Virus record (IMG/VR): IMGVR_UViG_3300025789_000822
Coordinates: 1 to 64,000 of that record
From: a virus
DNA length: 64,000 nucleotides
Reading direction: 5' to 3' (one strand)
Below, piece by piece: positions 1 through 9,934 of this stretch. The position numbers were made by a program, and so were the translations under genes. How positions within the stretch are numbered: the stretch's first letter is position 1; every line of letters begins with the position of its first letter. Under the pieces are notes generated by a model. It was not told the origin of the DNA and searched no databases. It was given only the letters and a program-made list of their open reading frames with translations.

Positions 1-279
1 CACACTGTGATCGTCGCTGTATTGATAATTTTTATCAAACACACGTTCTAGTTGTGCTAGTTTTTCTTTTGCGTTAGCAACTTCTTCTGCGCTGGGAGCA
101 GGAGGTGCAGGACGATTTTCAGCATCTTTTTTACGTTGTGCCAACATTGCATCACGCTCTGCTTTTTGTTGTTCAATACTGCCGCGTGGCTTAACATTGT
201 AACCTTTAGACTTCATTAAATCTATGATGTCATCTTGCAGACTTTCGTTAATGGTTATACCTTTTAATATTGAACTCAT
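1..279 (-). CDS. Probable head-internal protein, runs off the left window edge (not in ORF track)
   Basis: ATG at 279 just after the 282..1040 stop. Reads MSSILKGITINESLQDDIIDLMKSKGYNV... and stays open to base 1. N-terminal INE^S motif. Confidence 0.7.
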   Translation of the reverse strand, partial: MSSILKGITINESLQDDIIDLMKSKGYNVKPRGSIEQQKAERDAMLAQRKKDAENRPAPPAPSAEEVANAKEKLAQLERVFDKNYQYSDDHSV

Positions 280-281
280 GA

Positions 282-1040
282 TTATTTCTTCTTATTCTTG
301 TTATCTAACATGCCACGTTTGTTAGCAGTAGCCCATGCAATGCTCTCGGCATCTTTCTTTGACTTGCCTGCTTTTTCTTCTGACTTTTCAACATGTTTAA
401 CAAAACGGTCAACTTTTTTACCTTCTGCGGCAATACCACCTGCAACTGTACCACCTCTAGTTGGTGTTTGCATTTCTTCTAATTCACCGCTATGTTGCAT
501 CTCATCCTTGCTGATTAAGTATTGCATAACACTGGTCATCATAGATTTAACAGCACCAATCTTTTCACTGACCCATTCAGGAAATTCATCTTTAGTTTCT
601 AAATGTTTGTTTAATTTCATTGCTGAACGGGCAATAGTGTGTAGACTGTTTTTTAATGTTTCACCTTCATGTTCTGCACGATCAGGATCGTTTACTGTAA
701 ATCCTGTACGTTGTGAACGACCTTGACCTGGCACAAGAATAATATCACTTTCGATAACTTCTTCTTCAGTAAGATTCTTCTTCATGTCTGCTTTAGACAT
801 TTTGTATTTCTTTTTGAAGTCCGCATCTTTTAAATTCTTTAGATCATCGTCTAATTCTTTCATCTTACCTTCGATAAGACTATTCATATAAGGGCCTTTT
901 TTCTTGGCCTTTGCTAACTTTGTTACAGGTTCAAGTCCGTCAACTTTTGTTGACTCACGCTTGTTTACTTCGCCTAAAGGCATTGCAACAGTACTGATAC
1001 TACCTGCTGTAGTTGATTCAAAAATGTCGTTGATTTTCAT
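282..1040 (-). CDS. Probable head-internal/prohead core protein
   Basis: MKINDIFE^S N-terminus, several [IL]xE sites (LIE, LTEEE, LEE), charged composition, late promoter at 1065-1070. Confidence 0.55.
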   Translation of the reverse strand: MKINDIFESTTAGSISTVAMPLGEVNKRESTKVDGLEPVTKLAKAKKKGPYMNSLIEGKMKELDDDLKNLKDADFKKKYKMSKADMKKNLTEEEVIESDIILVPGQGRSQRTGFTVNDPDRAEHEGETLKNSLHTIARSAMKLNKHLETKDEFPEWVSEKIGAVKSMMTSVMQYLISKDEMQHSGELEEMQTPTRGGTVAGGIAAEGKKVDRFVKHVEKSEEKAGKSKKDAESIAWATANKRGMLDNKNKKK

Positions 1041-1096
1041 AGTGAGAATTCCAATAATATACTATATTTATCAATAAAATTAATTTGGAACATAAT

Positions 1097-1124
1097 AAAA
1101 AAGCCCCAGTTACGGGGCTTTTTT
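1097..1124. terminator. Rho-independent terminator
   Basis: AAAAAAGCCCC-agttac-GGGGCTTTTTT downstream of the glycosyltransferase. Confidence 0.85.
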
Positions 1125-1140
1125 GAACTACTAAGAGTTA

Positions 1141-2076
1141 TCAAGTAGTTGGCAGTGTAACGTTTCCGTTAGCATCAGGTTGCAAAGTTTGTGCAGCCTG
1201 TGCCTCTTGTGCCTTCTTGGCTTCAACGTACATGGGGCCAATTGTGTCCATCAAGTGTTGTTGATTTTCTTGACAGAATACATATGATCCACTGTGACGT
1301 AATAGAACACGCTTGTCAACCCAAATACGACCACCTAGATCACGCCAGTTTTCACAGAATGTCCAGTCTTCTGAATAGTAACGATTCTGACGAACTGCTG
1401 TGTCAAAGTATGTCTTCAAGTATTGGTCATACTTTGGATCAAGACCAATGTCGTTTTTGTATTGTTTAACCGCTGGGTGACCGTTCATCTTGGCGAATAC
1501 GTGTTTCTTCATTAGTAAGAAACCTGTACCAGCTTTTGATACTTCTTGCAATCCATCTGGTCCTTCTTCAGCACCGTCGAATCCGTTAACGACCCACTTG
1601 ATAGGCATAGTCTTCATTGGATATAATCCAGCGATAACATCTACGTCACGGTTTAGTAGAACTAGCAAGTGCCAAGGTTCCCAACCAATGTCAGCGTCTA
1701 CGAAAAACAAGTGTGTAGCATCTGGCATGTCTAAGAACTTAGCAGTAAGTGTATTACGTGCACGGCTAATAAGTGATTCATTAACCATTGTTTCCAATGT
1801 CCAGTCAATACCCAATTGGCGAGCTGTGTTAGCCCATTTGATGAAACTCATAAATGTTGATTCAGTCAACATACCACCATAGCAAGGCATAGCAATATGC
1901 ACTTTGGTAGTACGCAAGAAATCTACGTTAACTTGAATTTGTCCTTGTTGAGGCGTTGCCTCGGTTGTTGCAGGCCCTTGTGCTGCTGCCTTATCTGCGA
2001 TTTCCTGAACCTTTTCTACGGGAACAGTCTTTGCTTCTTTTGGTGCGCTCGTTGCTTTAGTTTTCTTTGTAGCCAT
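1141..2076 (-). CDS. Glycosyltransferase, GT-A fold (GT2-like)
   Basis: IAMPCYGG, ESLISRARN, FFVDAD (DxD), GTGFLLM, SEDWTFC, LRHSG motifs. Start moved to ATG 2076 (MATKK), which follows a GAGG SD-like sequence. Confidence 0.8.
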   Translation of the reverse strand: MATKKTKATSAPKEAKTVPVEKVQEIADKAAAQGPATTEATPQQGQIQVNVDFLRTTKVHIAMPCYGGMLTESTFMSFIKWANTARQLGIDWTLETMVNESLISRARNTLTAKFLDMPDATHLFFVDADIGWEPWHLLVLLNRDVDVIAGLYPMKTMPIKWVVNGFDGAEEGPDGLQEVSKAGTGFLLMKKHVFAKMNGHPAVKQYKNDIGLDPKYDQYLKTYFDTAVRQNRYYSEDWTFCENWRDLGGRIWVDKRVLLRHSGSYVFCQENQQHLMDTIGPMYVEAKKAQEAQAAQTLQPDANGNVTLPTT

Positions 2077-2131
2077 GTAGTCCTCTCTGTTGTACAAGTA
2101 CTATTATTTACTTGCTGAGAGGGGTGTGAAA

Positions 2132-4309
2132 TTATTTTTCTTCTAAATAATCCACTGATTCGGTAACATCAGTTTGTTTCTTAATCCAGTTGTCTGGAAT
2201 CATATGGTGTTTCTTTACAAAGTCATCATGCAGTTTGTCACCAGTTAAATGATATTCTTTGCAAATCAATTGCATGATTTTATCTATATTATCGTAGTTC
2301 AATTTGATACCACGATCTTTGGCTTTTAGTAAACCTTTTTCTAATGTTTCTACTGCACCAGGCTTTTCTTTACCTTGAACATGTTTAGGTTTCATCTTAC
2401 CTTTAGCCGCATCTTCATAAGCATAATGTTGTTGTCTACGCATAGTATTGACTTGCTTATTCACTGCTTGAGACTGAGGTGTTGCTTGTTGTTGTTTAAT
2501 TTGTGCTTGATCTGTTTTTTGTTGTTGTTTGTATTGTGCATCACTACTAGTTTCAAACTTTAAGAGATTAGCAATTTTACCAACTAAACTAAATCCAAAT
2601 TTATTTTTAAAATAATTTTCTGCTTTTGACAGACCTTTTTCCTCTGGAATATCTGCTAAATTATCCAATGTTTTGTCAATTATTTGTTGTGCAACTGGTG
2701 AATCTGATATAGCATCAGCAACGGGTCCAGTTGCGCCACCCGTAACTAATGTTTTTAATTGTTTTCCTAATATCTTGCCAATGTCTGCAAATTGATCTTT
2801 AATGAATTTTAATTGATCAGGAGTTGCTTTGCCTGCGTACATCAATGGTAATAATTTAACCATTTGCGCACTTTCTTTTGCTTCCTGGCCATAAACTGTT
2901 ATTGCTTTTTGTAGATACTCATTAACAGCATTTGGAATATAGGCTGCGGCATCAGTAATAGCATCTAATGAAACTTCTTCTTTTATTTCTACGTTCCAAT
3001 ATATTTCATCGGGACTAGCATCACGTATATCTTTGTATTTGCTTTTTAATAATTTGATGAATTGATCAATCTGATCTCCGGGAACATTTTTACCAACCAA
3101 ATAAGTTTTATTTCCGTTTCTAGGTTCATAATAAACGTTAGTTGTTTTAGGCTTATCTAGTACTTTAGTTTTGTATTCTGATAATTGTTCTTGTTCGTAT
3201 GTACCTGGCATTGGGATACCAAATCCTTCTTTCATACCTTGTTTAATATATCTAGTATCATATACAAAGAATATACCATCATTTTCAGTGTATTTCCAGT
3301 TAGGCATAGTTTGTAGAATTTTTTTAACTAATGCACTGTACAAACGTCTACGACTAGGCTCTGCTGCTTGAAACATTAAGAAAGTTGGTTTATATTTTTT
3401 AACGTACTGGTTAAGACCATTGTATACTATAGCAAGTACTTCAGCGGCTGCACCAGTACCCTCAATTCCTTGTTTACCGTATCCAGCGCCTGGTTTAGAT
3501 TCTTGGAAAAATTCTACAAATCTACCACGTTCTGCCACTTCATTTGGTATTTCTTCAGGTACAGAATCTTGTATTTCATCTGGTGACATATAAAGAGCAG
3601 TGATAGATAGATTATACGGAAGACCATTACTTGCCACAAAGTTTAATTGAACCAAGTCTTCAGTTTGTTCTGACCATGTAGCTTTGTTGGTTTTATTAGG
3701 TTTAGTATTTAATACTTCATTAACTTGTCCACCCATGACCTGATCTAGCATACCAACAATGTTAGCCGCAAGTTTAGGATTCTTCTGAGCAGCCGGATAC
3801 AAACTCATTACCATTGCTGTTTTGCGTTTGTCGTTTAGTCTAGGCCATAATTCACGAATCTCACTAGCACTTGTAATGCCGGGGCCAAACTCTATAGTTG
3901 GTAAATATGCAATGTATGCATGTTTGCTGAATGGTTGTAGGTCCTTGCCGGTATATGGTTGGAAGTAAGCTGGACTGCCATCTTTCTTTGTACCACCTGG
4001 TTTAGGTTGTTCTGTTTTATCTTTTTCGCTACGCACAAAGATTAATACATCTTCATTAGGATCGTAGTTTTTTGTTATCTCTTCTGCTTTGAATGGACTT
4101 TTAACTTGAACAAAATGGCCAGGAGCAACGCCTGCTACCTTTGCTAGTTTTTCTTTGATTGCAAAGGGGAAAGGTCTTGTTTTTTGATCATTAGTTGCTG
4201 CCACATATACATCAGCATCGGGGAATGCTTTTAATGCTGATTGATATAGGCTGGCATGCCCTGCATGAAATGGATGAAAGCCGCCGGGCATTACAACTAT
4301 TTTTTTCAT
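2132..4309 (-). CDS. HIGH-family (cytidylyltransferase/NMNAT-like) nucleotidyltransferase fused to further modules
   Basis: N-terminal PGGFHPFHAGH (HxGH) and ITSASEIR motifs. C-terminal modules separated by VNE/MKE/IKEE/VTE sites. Confidence 0.7.
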   Translation of the reverse strand: MKKIVVMPGGFHPFHAGHASLYQSALKAFPDADVYVAATNDQKTRPFPFAIKEKLAKVAGVAPGHFVQVKSPFKAEEITKNYDPNEDVLIFVRSEKDKTEQPKPGGTKKDGSPAYFQPYTGKDLQPFSKHAYIAYLPTIEFGPGITSASEIRELWPRLNDKRKTAMVMSLYPAAQKNPKLAANIVGMLDQVMGGQVNEVLNTKPNKTNKATWSEQTEDLVQLNFVASNGLPYNLSITALYMSPDEIQDSVPEEIPNEVAERGRFVEFFQESKPGAGYGKQGIEGTGAAAEVLAIVYNGLNQYVKKYKPTFLMFQAAEPSRRRLYSALVKKILQTMPNWKYTENDGIFFVYDTRYIKQGMKEGFGIPMPGTYEQEQLSEYKTKVLDKPKTTNVYYEPRNGNKTYLVGKNVPGDQIDQFIKLLKSKYKDIRDASPDEIYWNVEIKEEVSLDAITDAAAYIPNAVNEYLQKAITVYGQEAKESAQMVKLLPLMYAGKATPDQLKFIKDQFADIGKILGKQLKTLVTGGATGPVADAISDSPVAQQIIDKTLDNLADIPEEKGLSKAENYFKNKFGFSLVGKIANLLKFETSSDAQYKQQQKTDQAQIKQQQATPQSQAVNKQVNTMRRQQHYAYEDAAKGKMKPKHVQGKEKPGAVETLEKGLLKAKDRGIKLNYDNIDKIMQLICKEYHLTGDKLHDDFVKKHHMIPDNWIKKQTDVTESVDYLEEK

Positions 4310-4310
4310 A

Positions 4311-4700
4311 TTAGTAACTTAATTTAACGTATTCGACAACTCCACCTTGGAAGTCTTGAACAACTGCTCTCATAAACACAAACGTGCCTTCAATATTAGT
4401 AAAAGCACTGGCATTACTTGCGATATAACTATTTGAGCCTGGGGCGGCATTTGCATTAGCATCTACTTCAAACACACTAAACCAATCAACATCTTGCGGG
4501 CTATCTGCTAGTGTAGCCTGAATGACAAGATTACCAGTAACTTGTGAAAACTTATAGTTTACAGTTTGCAGGTCTTGATTACTTAAATAGTATGCGGCAG
4601 CAGGTTGATTGTCACCTACTACTGTATAGGGTGAGCCATTGCCGTTAACATTGTTATATGCAGTTTCAGGCAATAGGATAAGCGTTACACCTTGTGCCAT
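4311..4700 (-). CDS. Hypothetical beta-rich virion protein
   Basis: 129-aa ORF translationally coupled (TAATG) to the upstream small ORF in a late operon. Confidence 0.6.
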   Translation of the reverse strand: MAQGVTLILLPETAYNNVNGNGSPYTVVGDNQPAAAYYLSNQDLQTVNYKFSQVTGNLVIQATLADSPQDVDWFSVFEVDANANAAPGSNSYIASNASAFTNIEGTFVFMRAVVQDFQGGVVEYVKLSY

Positions 4701-4867
4701 TACGCTTTCTCCACCTCAACTACAACACCATTGCCAACTAATTCTTGGGCAACTTGTTCTAATGCAGTTTGTACTTCGTCACCAGCAACACTAAAATTAG
4801 CATCTTCGTTATCTTTAACAATCTTACTAAATTTAATAACTACGACTTCTTCTACGATCTTTGCCAT
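4700..4867 (-). CDS. Small 55-aa hypothetical protein (missed by ORF track)
   Basis: MAKIVEEVVVIKFSKIVKDNEDANFSVAGDEVQTALEQVAQELVGNGVVVEVEKA*, with GGAG SD, late promoter at 4889-4894, and stop overlapping the next ATG. Confidence 0.8.
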   Translation of the reverse strand: MAKIVEEVVVIKFSKIVKDNEDANFSVAGDEVQTALEQVAQELVGNGVVVEVEKA

Positions 4868-4899
4868 AAATACTCCATTTTATTAGAGTATTTATCTTA

Positions 4900-5595
4900 C
4901 TATTGTCGCTTTTCTAATTTGAAAGTTTTACCAGCTAATCCGGGGAACATCAAGTGCAGTAAAAACACTACACCCTCGTCATCATACTCTAAGTACATTC
5001 CACGATGGGGAATGGCATATTTCCAACTGCGCCCAGGATTATATTTTTTCAAGTTTTCTACTAATGCAGTACAGGGATTAACCGACGGATGTGTAGTAAC
5101 AAACTTGTAGAATTCGTCCCTAAAATTTTCAGGCATCTTTTTACTTTTTAGATATACACGATATTTAAATTTGGGTTCTTTAACAAATTGCATGACCCCG
5201 GGGGTAACCGTGTTTATCTTAAATGATGATGCCTTGCTTGGTGAAAAATCATAATACTCATTGAGCAAATCAATGTTGTTGGTATAAATGCTCATGGCAT
5301 TATATTCCATTCTCATTAGAATGTCTTTATTAGGTCGATTACGATTTCTAAAATTGATTATTTTTTCTATTAGATAATAATCAATTTTAGATAAATCATA
5401 ACGATTGGCTCCCCAATAATTTCGTTCTTTAGATAACCTTAATAACTTTTCACGATACTCGTCAATATTATCTATGTAATAGATATGATTTAAGTGTTGT
5501 GTTTTTAAGGTTACCTTATAAACATACTTGTTAAAGTATAATGTATTACGGTCTACCAGCCTGGGTGTTGATTTCAATAATTCCATCTTCGCCAA
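4900..5595 (-). CDS. Hypothetical protein
   Basis: 231-aa ORF overlapping the clpA 3' end. Confidence 0.6.
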   Translation of the reverse strand: MAKMELLKSTPRLVDRNTLYFNKYVYKVTLKTQHLNHIYYIDNIDEYREKLLRLSKERNYWGANRYDLSKIDYYLIEKIINFRNRNRPNKDILMRMEYNAMSIYTNNIDLLNEYYDFSPSKASSFKINTVTPGVMQFVKEPKFKYRVYLKSKKMPENFRDEFYKFVTTHPSVNPCTALVENLKKYNPGRSWKYAIPHRGMYLEYDDEGVVFLLHLMFPGLAGKTFKLEKRQ

Positions 5596-7828
5596 TACCT
5601 ACTGTTTGTTTAACACTAATGCTGAAAGTTAATTCATCATTTTCGACATTTGCCATGATGTTTGAATCTTTGATTTTTTCAAACAAGATTTTCTTTGAAA
5701 GAGGAACACGAATCAATTCATCAATCTTACGTGCTAATGGACGAGCACCCATTTTGCTATCATAGCCCTTGTTAGCCAGTAACTCAACTGCAGGCTCACT
5801 CAAGTTAAGAGTAATGTTGTGTTTTTCTAGCAACGATTTCTTAAGGTCATCTGTAAACTTAATAACAATTTTCTTGATAGAAAGCATATCCAACTTGTTG
5901 AACTTGCATACCATGTCAAGACGATTACGGAATTCAGGCTTAAAGAATTGCTTCAATGCTTTGTCATCTTCACCAGTCTTTTCTTGCGCGCCGAAACCGA
6001 TGTTATTACGTTCGCTGTCAGCACTACCCAAGTTACTAGTCAAGATAATGATAGTATTCTTCATTGATACTTCTTTACCATTACTACCAGTAACACGACC
6101 TTCATCTAACATCTGCAAAAAGATATTAAAGATATCGGGGTGAGCCTTTTCAACTTCGTCAAACAGTAAGATAGAGTGTGGATTCTTGCTCAAGTCACTA
6201 ATTAGGCGTCCACCTTGTACTTGTGAATCACCAAAGCCTACATAGCCAGGGGGAGGTCCGATCAAACTACTTACGCTGTGCTTCTCGCTGTACTCACTCA
6301 TGTCGTACTTGAGAAGAGGCATATCTAAATTCTTAGACAGTAGTTTTGCCAATTCTGTTTTACCTGTGCCTGTTGGGCCTAAGAACAAGAAACTTGCTGT
6401 GGGTTTAGTTTCATTGCCAATGCCAGCGAAACTAACATAAACACGTTCAAGTACTTTCTCTACTGTTTCGTCCTGACCATACAATTTATTCTTGACGTTT
6501 AGTTCAAGGTTGTTGATACGATCAAAATTATCTCCCGACAATTTATCAGCAGGTACACCTGTGTACTTTTCCACCTGCTCATGGACTAACTTCTTAGTGA
6601 TAATGGCTTCTTTATTGCCAAGTACACGTTGTTTTGCACAAGCCGCATCTAACAAGTCAATACTCTTGTCAGGGTTTTTACGGTCATGAATATAACGTGT
6701 TGCACTTTCAACTGCGGCATTGATTGCTTCATTTGTGATGTTAACACTATGAAAGTCATTCAATCGTGCGGCTAGTCCACTTAGAATGCGAACTGTTGAG
6801 TCTTGGCTTGGTTCATCAATACTAATCTTGTAGAATCTGCGCATCAATGCACGATCCTTCTCAAAACTTTCGTAGAACTCTTCCCATGTTGTGCTTGCAA
6901 TAATCTTTAGTGTGCCCTTAGTAATTGCTGGCTTAATCATGTTAGCAAAGTCAACGCTACCATTGTTGCTACCACCTGCACCTTGCATAGTGTGTGCTTC
7001 ATCAATGAAAAGAATTGCTTTCTTTTTGTGATTCAGTGCGTCAATAACTTGCTTGACCTTTTCTTCAAAGTCACCACGATAACGACTACCGGCAAGCAAA
7101 CTACCGATCTCTAGTGAATAGAGTTCATAGCCTTCCAAGAATTCAGGGATTTCGTTGTTAACGATTGAACGTGCAATACCCTCTGCAATAGCAGTTTTAC
7201 CAACACCAGGATCACCGACCATCAATACATTGCTTTTGAATCGTTTTGCTAGTACATTGATAATATCGTCAATTTCTTTGCTACGACCAATAACAGGTTC
7301 TAGTTTGTCTTCACGTGCAAGTTGTGTAAGATTAATGGTATACTCTTCAAGGATTTCGTCGGCTTGAGTATCAGTTAGTGTACCTGCATAGTCACCGCCC
7401 TTGTAAGTCTTTTGCCAGTGTTGCAAGAATTCGTTGCGTGTAACACCGTACTTCAATAGGAAGTAATGTGCGTGGCTATTGTTTTCGCTTGCGATGCTCA
7501 AGTACAAGTCAATGGTTGTAACTTTAGCACGACCTGTAAACAATACTTGTGTAACACTACGATTGATAACACGTTCGATTGTGTTTGTTTTCTTTGGTTG
7601 AGTACCTGGAACTTTTAGTTCAATAGCATGTAGTCCATTAAGATATGATTCAATCTCAGAAATCATTAGTTCAACATCTACTGTAAAACTTTGTAGACAT
7701 TTCTTAAAGGGAGGATGTGTTACAAGTGAAAGTAACAAATGCTCTACCGTGACATATCCATGTTTTCGATCCTTAGCAAATTGAATAGAACGTTCAATGA
7801 TATTTTCAATTTCAGGAGATTGTTGCAA
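5546..7828 (-). CDS. clpA: ClpA-type AAA+ unfoldase
   Basis: Clp N-domain (EHLLLSL), two Walker A motifs (GDPGVGKT, GPTGTGKT), Walker B motifs (FIDEAH, FDEVEK), GPPPGYVG, IGF loop, MGARPL. No ClpB M-domain. TTG start. Confidence 0.93.
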   Translation of the reverse strand: MQQSPEIENIIERSIQFAKDRKHGYVTVEHLLLSLVTHPPFKKCLQSFTVDVELMISEIESYLNGLHAIELKVPGTQPKKTNTIERVINRSVTQVLFTGRAKVTTIDLYLSIASENNSHAHYFLLKYGVTRNEFLQHWQKTYKGGDYAGTLTDTQADEILEEYTINLTQLAREDKLEPVIGRSKEIDDIINVLAKRFKSNVLMVGDPGVGKTAIAEGIARSIVNNEIPEFLEGYELYSLEIGSLLAGSRYRGDFEEKVKQVIDALNHKKKAILFIDEAHTMQGAGGSNNGSVDFANMIKPAITKGTLKIIASTTWEEFYESFEKDRALMRRFYKISIDEPSQDSTVRILSGLAARLNDFHSVNITNEAINAAVESATRYIHDRKNPDKSIDLLDAACAKQRVLGNKEAIITKKLVHEQVEKYTGVPADKLSGDNFDRINNLELNVKNKLYGQDETVEKVLERVYVSFAGIGNETKPTASFLFLGPTGTGKTELAKLLSKNLDMPLLKYDMSEYSEKHSVSSLIGPPPGYVGFGDSQVQGGRLISDLSKNPHSILLFDEVEKAHPDIFNIFLQMLDEGRVTGSNGKEVSMKNTIIILTSNLGSADSERNNIGFGAQEKTGEDDKALKQFFKPEFRNRLDMVCKFNKLDMLSIKKIVIKFTDDLKKSLLEKHNITLNLSEPAVELLANKGYDSKMGARPLARKIDELIRVPLSKKILFEKIKDSNIMANVENDELTFSISVKQTVGIGEDGIIEINTQAGRP

Positions 7829-7844
7829 TTTATAGTTCCTTTGG

Positions 7845-8636
7845 TTAATTATTTTGATGTTTGGTAATAGCTTCTATTACTTCACTGTGTATTGTATCAG
7901 GTATGTAAGGTTTTAGCAACAGTATTTGGTCACCATATCCCCCATTTCTTGATGGCATACCTTCACCCTGAATGCGTAATTGCATATGGGGTTGGGTGCC
8001 CGGTCTAATTGTAACATCTAATGTTTTGCCACCAATGGTAACAAACTGAATGATGTTACCCACAATTAAATCTAATACAGAAACGGGCATATTGGCATAT
8101 AAATCATCATTTCTGCGCTCAAATTTTAAATCAGGGTTTATAACGAATTCAACAATTAATTGCCCACTATCAATGATTTTATCATATCTAACATGGTCAC
8201 CCGAATTTGTACCACGTGGAATTTTAACGTTTACTACCTTTGAACCAGTTGGCGTGTTCAATTGTAATACATGTTCGTTTTCTTTGTACACATCCATTAG
8301 ACTTACGTTAAGCCTAGTACGGTAAGTTGGTGTTTGATTTCGCTGTTGATTAAATTGATGACCAAATGTTTGCCCAAATAAATCATTTAGGTCAAACCCA
8401 TTCATATTAAATCCAAATCCACCAGGAAATTGTTGCATTTGTGGTCTAGGATTATCATATTGTGCCCTTTTATTTGGGTCACCTAATGTATCATAGGCTA
8501 CTTGTATTTCTTTGAATTTAGTATCGTCACCGCCTGTACGATCAGGATGGTGTTGCATCGCTTGCTTGCGATATGCTTTTTTAATCTCGTCTTGTGAGGC
8601 GTTACGGGGAACGCCTAACGTAGTGTAATGATCCAT
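7845..8636 (-). CDS. dnaJ: DnaJ/CbpA-type co-chaperone (type II, no Zn finger)
   Basis: J-domain with HPD, G/F-rich linker, DnaJ C-terminal domain (LRIQGEGMP...GDQ). Confidence 0.92.
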   Translation of the reverse strand: MDHYTTLGVPRNASQDEIKKAYRKQAMQHHPDRTGGDDTKFKEIQVAYDTLGDPNKRAQYDNPRPQMQQFPGGFGFNMNGFDLNDLFGQTFGHQFNQQRNQTPTYRTRLNVSLMDVYKENEHVLQLNTPTGSKVVNVKIPRGTNSGDHVRYDKIIDSGQLIVEFVINPDLKFERRNDDLYANMPVSVLDLIVGNIIQFVTIGGKTLDVTIRPGTQPHMQLRIQGEGMPSRNGGYGDQILLLKPYIPDTIHSEVIEAITKHQNN

Positions 8637-8642
8637 TGTTAT

Positions 8643-8671
8643 ATGTTAACAGAACGGATTGTTGTTGTCAA
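8643..8671 (-). promoter_or_regulatory. sigma70-type promoter, leaderless dnaJ-clpA transcript
   Basis: TTGACA-17 nt-TAACAT with extended TGn. ATG lies 6 nt after the -10. Confidence 0.75.
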
Positions 8672-8675
8672 GTTT

Positions 8676-9383
8676 TTATTTACCGAACCCTGACGTACCT
8701 GCTGCACCACCTAGTTTTTCTTGTGTACGACCATAAGCCGCAATACCAAGAACAGCACCCATTGCTACGTGGAATAGTCCAGCACCTTGTAATGTAACAG
8801 GTTGCCATTGACTTGTAACTTGTCCATGACTAAGTGCTTGTAACAAACTCCACATAATGGGGAACATTACAAAGTCACACATACAAACTACCATGTACAT
8901 CCAACCCATAACTGGACGCCATTTTTTATTGATCCAGTCTTCGTTGGTATTCTTAACTAATACATCTGCATCTTGTGCGGCATTTGCGCCTGCACCTGAT
9001 AGTACGGGTTGGTTACCCATACTCATATTCATGTTTGCTGTGCCTGTGCTTCCCATTTGGTTGCTTCCCATGCCGCCACCGAACCCACCTGACGATCCAC
9101 CGAACGCTGGTGTTGAAGATGAGCTTCCAAAGCCGCCTCCGCCAAAGCTACTTGATGTTGATGAACCAAAGCCACTGGTTGAGCCGAATCCTGTTGATGG
9201 CGCAGAGCCAAATGCTGTTGCGCTACTTGTTGATGAGGTTGTTGGTGTGGGTACATTGCCGAATGAACTCCCTTGTGGAAACTGTGATACAGTTGAATCT
9301 GCTACCAATGCATCATGGTGATCATCACTTTTTGCGATTGGAGTCTCAGTTGTTGCTTTAGTTGTTGGTAAAATTGTAGCCAT
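8676..9383 (-). CDS. 3TM holin-like membrane protein (GTA-holin type) with FG-rich N-terminal tail
   Basis: WRPVMGWMY...FPIMW...GAVLGIAAYGRTQEK signature with hydrophobic helices. Likely start ATG 9383 after AGGA. Confidence 0.7.
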   Translation of the reverse strand: MATILPTTKATTETPIAKSDDHHDALVADSTVSQFPQGSSFGNVPTPTTSSTSSATAFGSAPSTGFGSTSGFGSSTSSSFGGGGFGSSSSTPAFGGSSGGFGGGMGSNQMGSTGTANMNMSMGNQPVLSGAGANAAQDADVLVKNTNEDWINKKWRPVMGWMYMVVCMCDFVMFPIMWSLLQALSHGQVTSQWQPVTLQGAGLFHVAMGAVLGIAAYGRTQEKLGGAAGTSGFGK

Positions 9384-9384
9384 G

Positions 9385-9924
9385 TTATAGTCCTGCAATT
9401 GCTTTTAAATTTTTAATGTATGTGTCATTTTCATACAATGGCTTAGTACGTAGTCCTGCAATTGTGCGGAACTCGTTTAGCTTTTCATCTTTTTCTTTTT
9501 CCATTTTGTATTCATTGGGGTTTAATATCATATGACTACGAATAGTTTCTTCATCTGCATCATAATCTTCACCCTCAATTTCTACAGTCCAGTCTTTTAA
9601 CTTAAAACCTGTAAGTGTTTCTAAATCTTCAAGAAGTGTCATGATTCGTTCAGGTGTTCTGCTACGGCGATCCATTTCAACGAACACTAGATATACTCCT
9701 GGGCGCAATTCACCATCGCTTACACTTGAATCTAATACCCATTCATATCCACGCTCGAACCATGTAACCAAATCTTCTGCGGCTAGTTCTGAATATACTT
9801 TAAATGCCAATGTAACAATATCACTATCCTTACCCATTTTAGCCGCATATTCATCAACGGTAACTCTGTCAGACATCTGTCCTTCTAAGTCCATATAGTC
9901 AAGGCTTTCATTTAGTATAGTCAT
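9385..9924 (-). CDS. Conserved-looking hypothetical, probable head protein
   Basis: MTILNE^S N-terminus and two C-terminal xIAGL motifs. Confidence 0.55.
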   Translation of the reverse strand: MTILNESLDYMDLEGQMSDRVTVDEYAAKMGKDSDIVTLAFKVYSELAAEDLVTWFERGYEWVLDSSVSDGELRPGVYLVFVEMDRRSRTPERIMTLLEDLETLTGFKLKDWTVEIEGEDYDADEETIRSHMILNPNEYKMEKEKDEKLNEFRTIAGLRTKPLYENDTYIKNLKAIAGL

Positions 9925-9934
9925 ATTTTATCTC

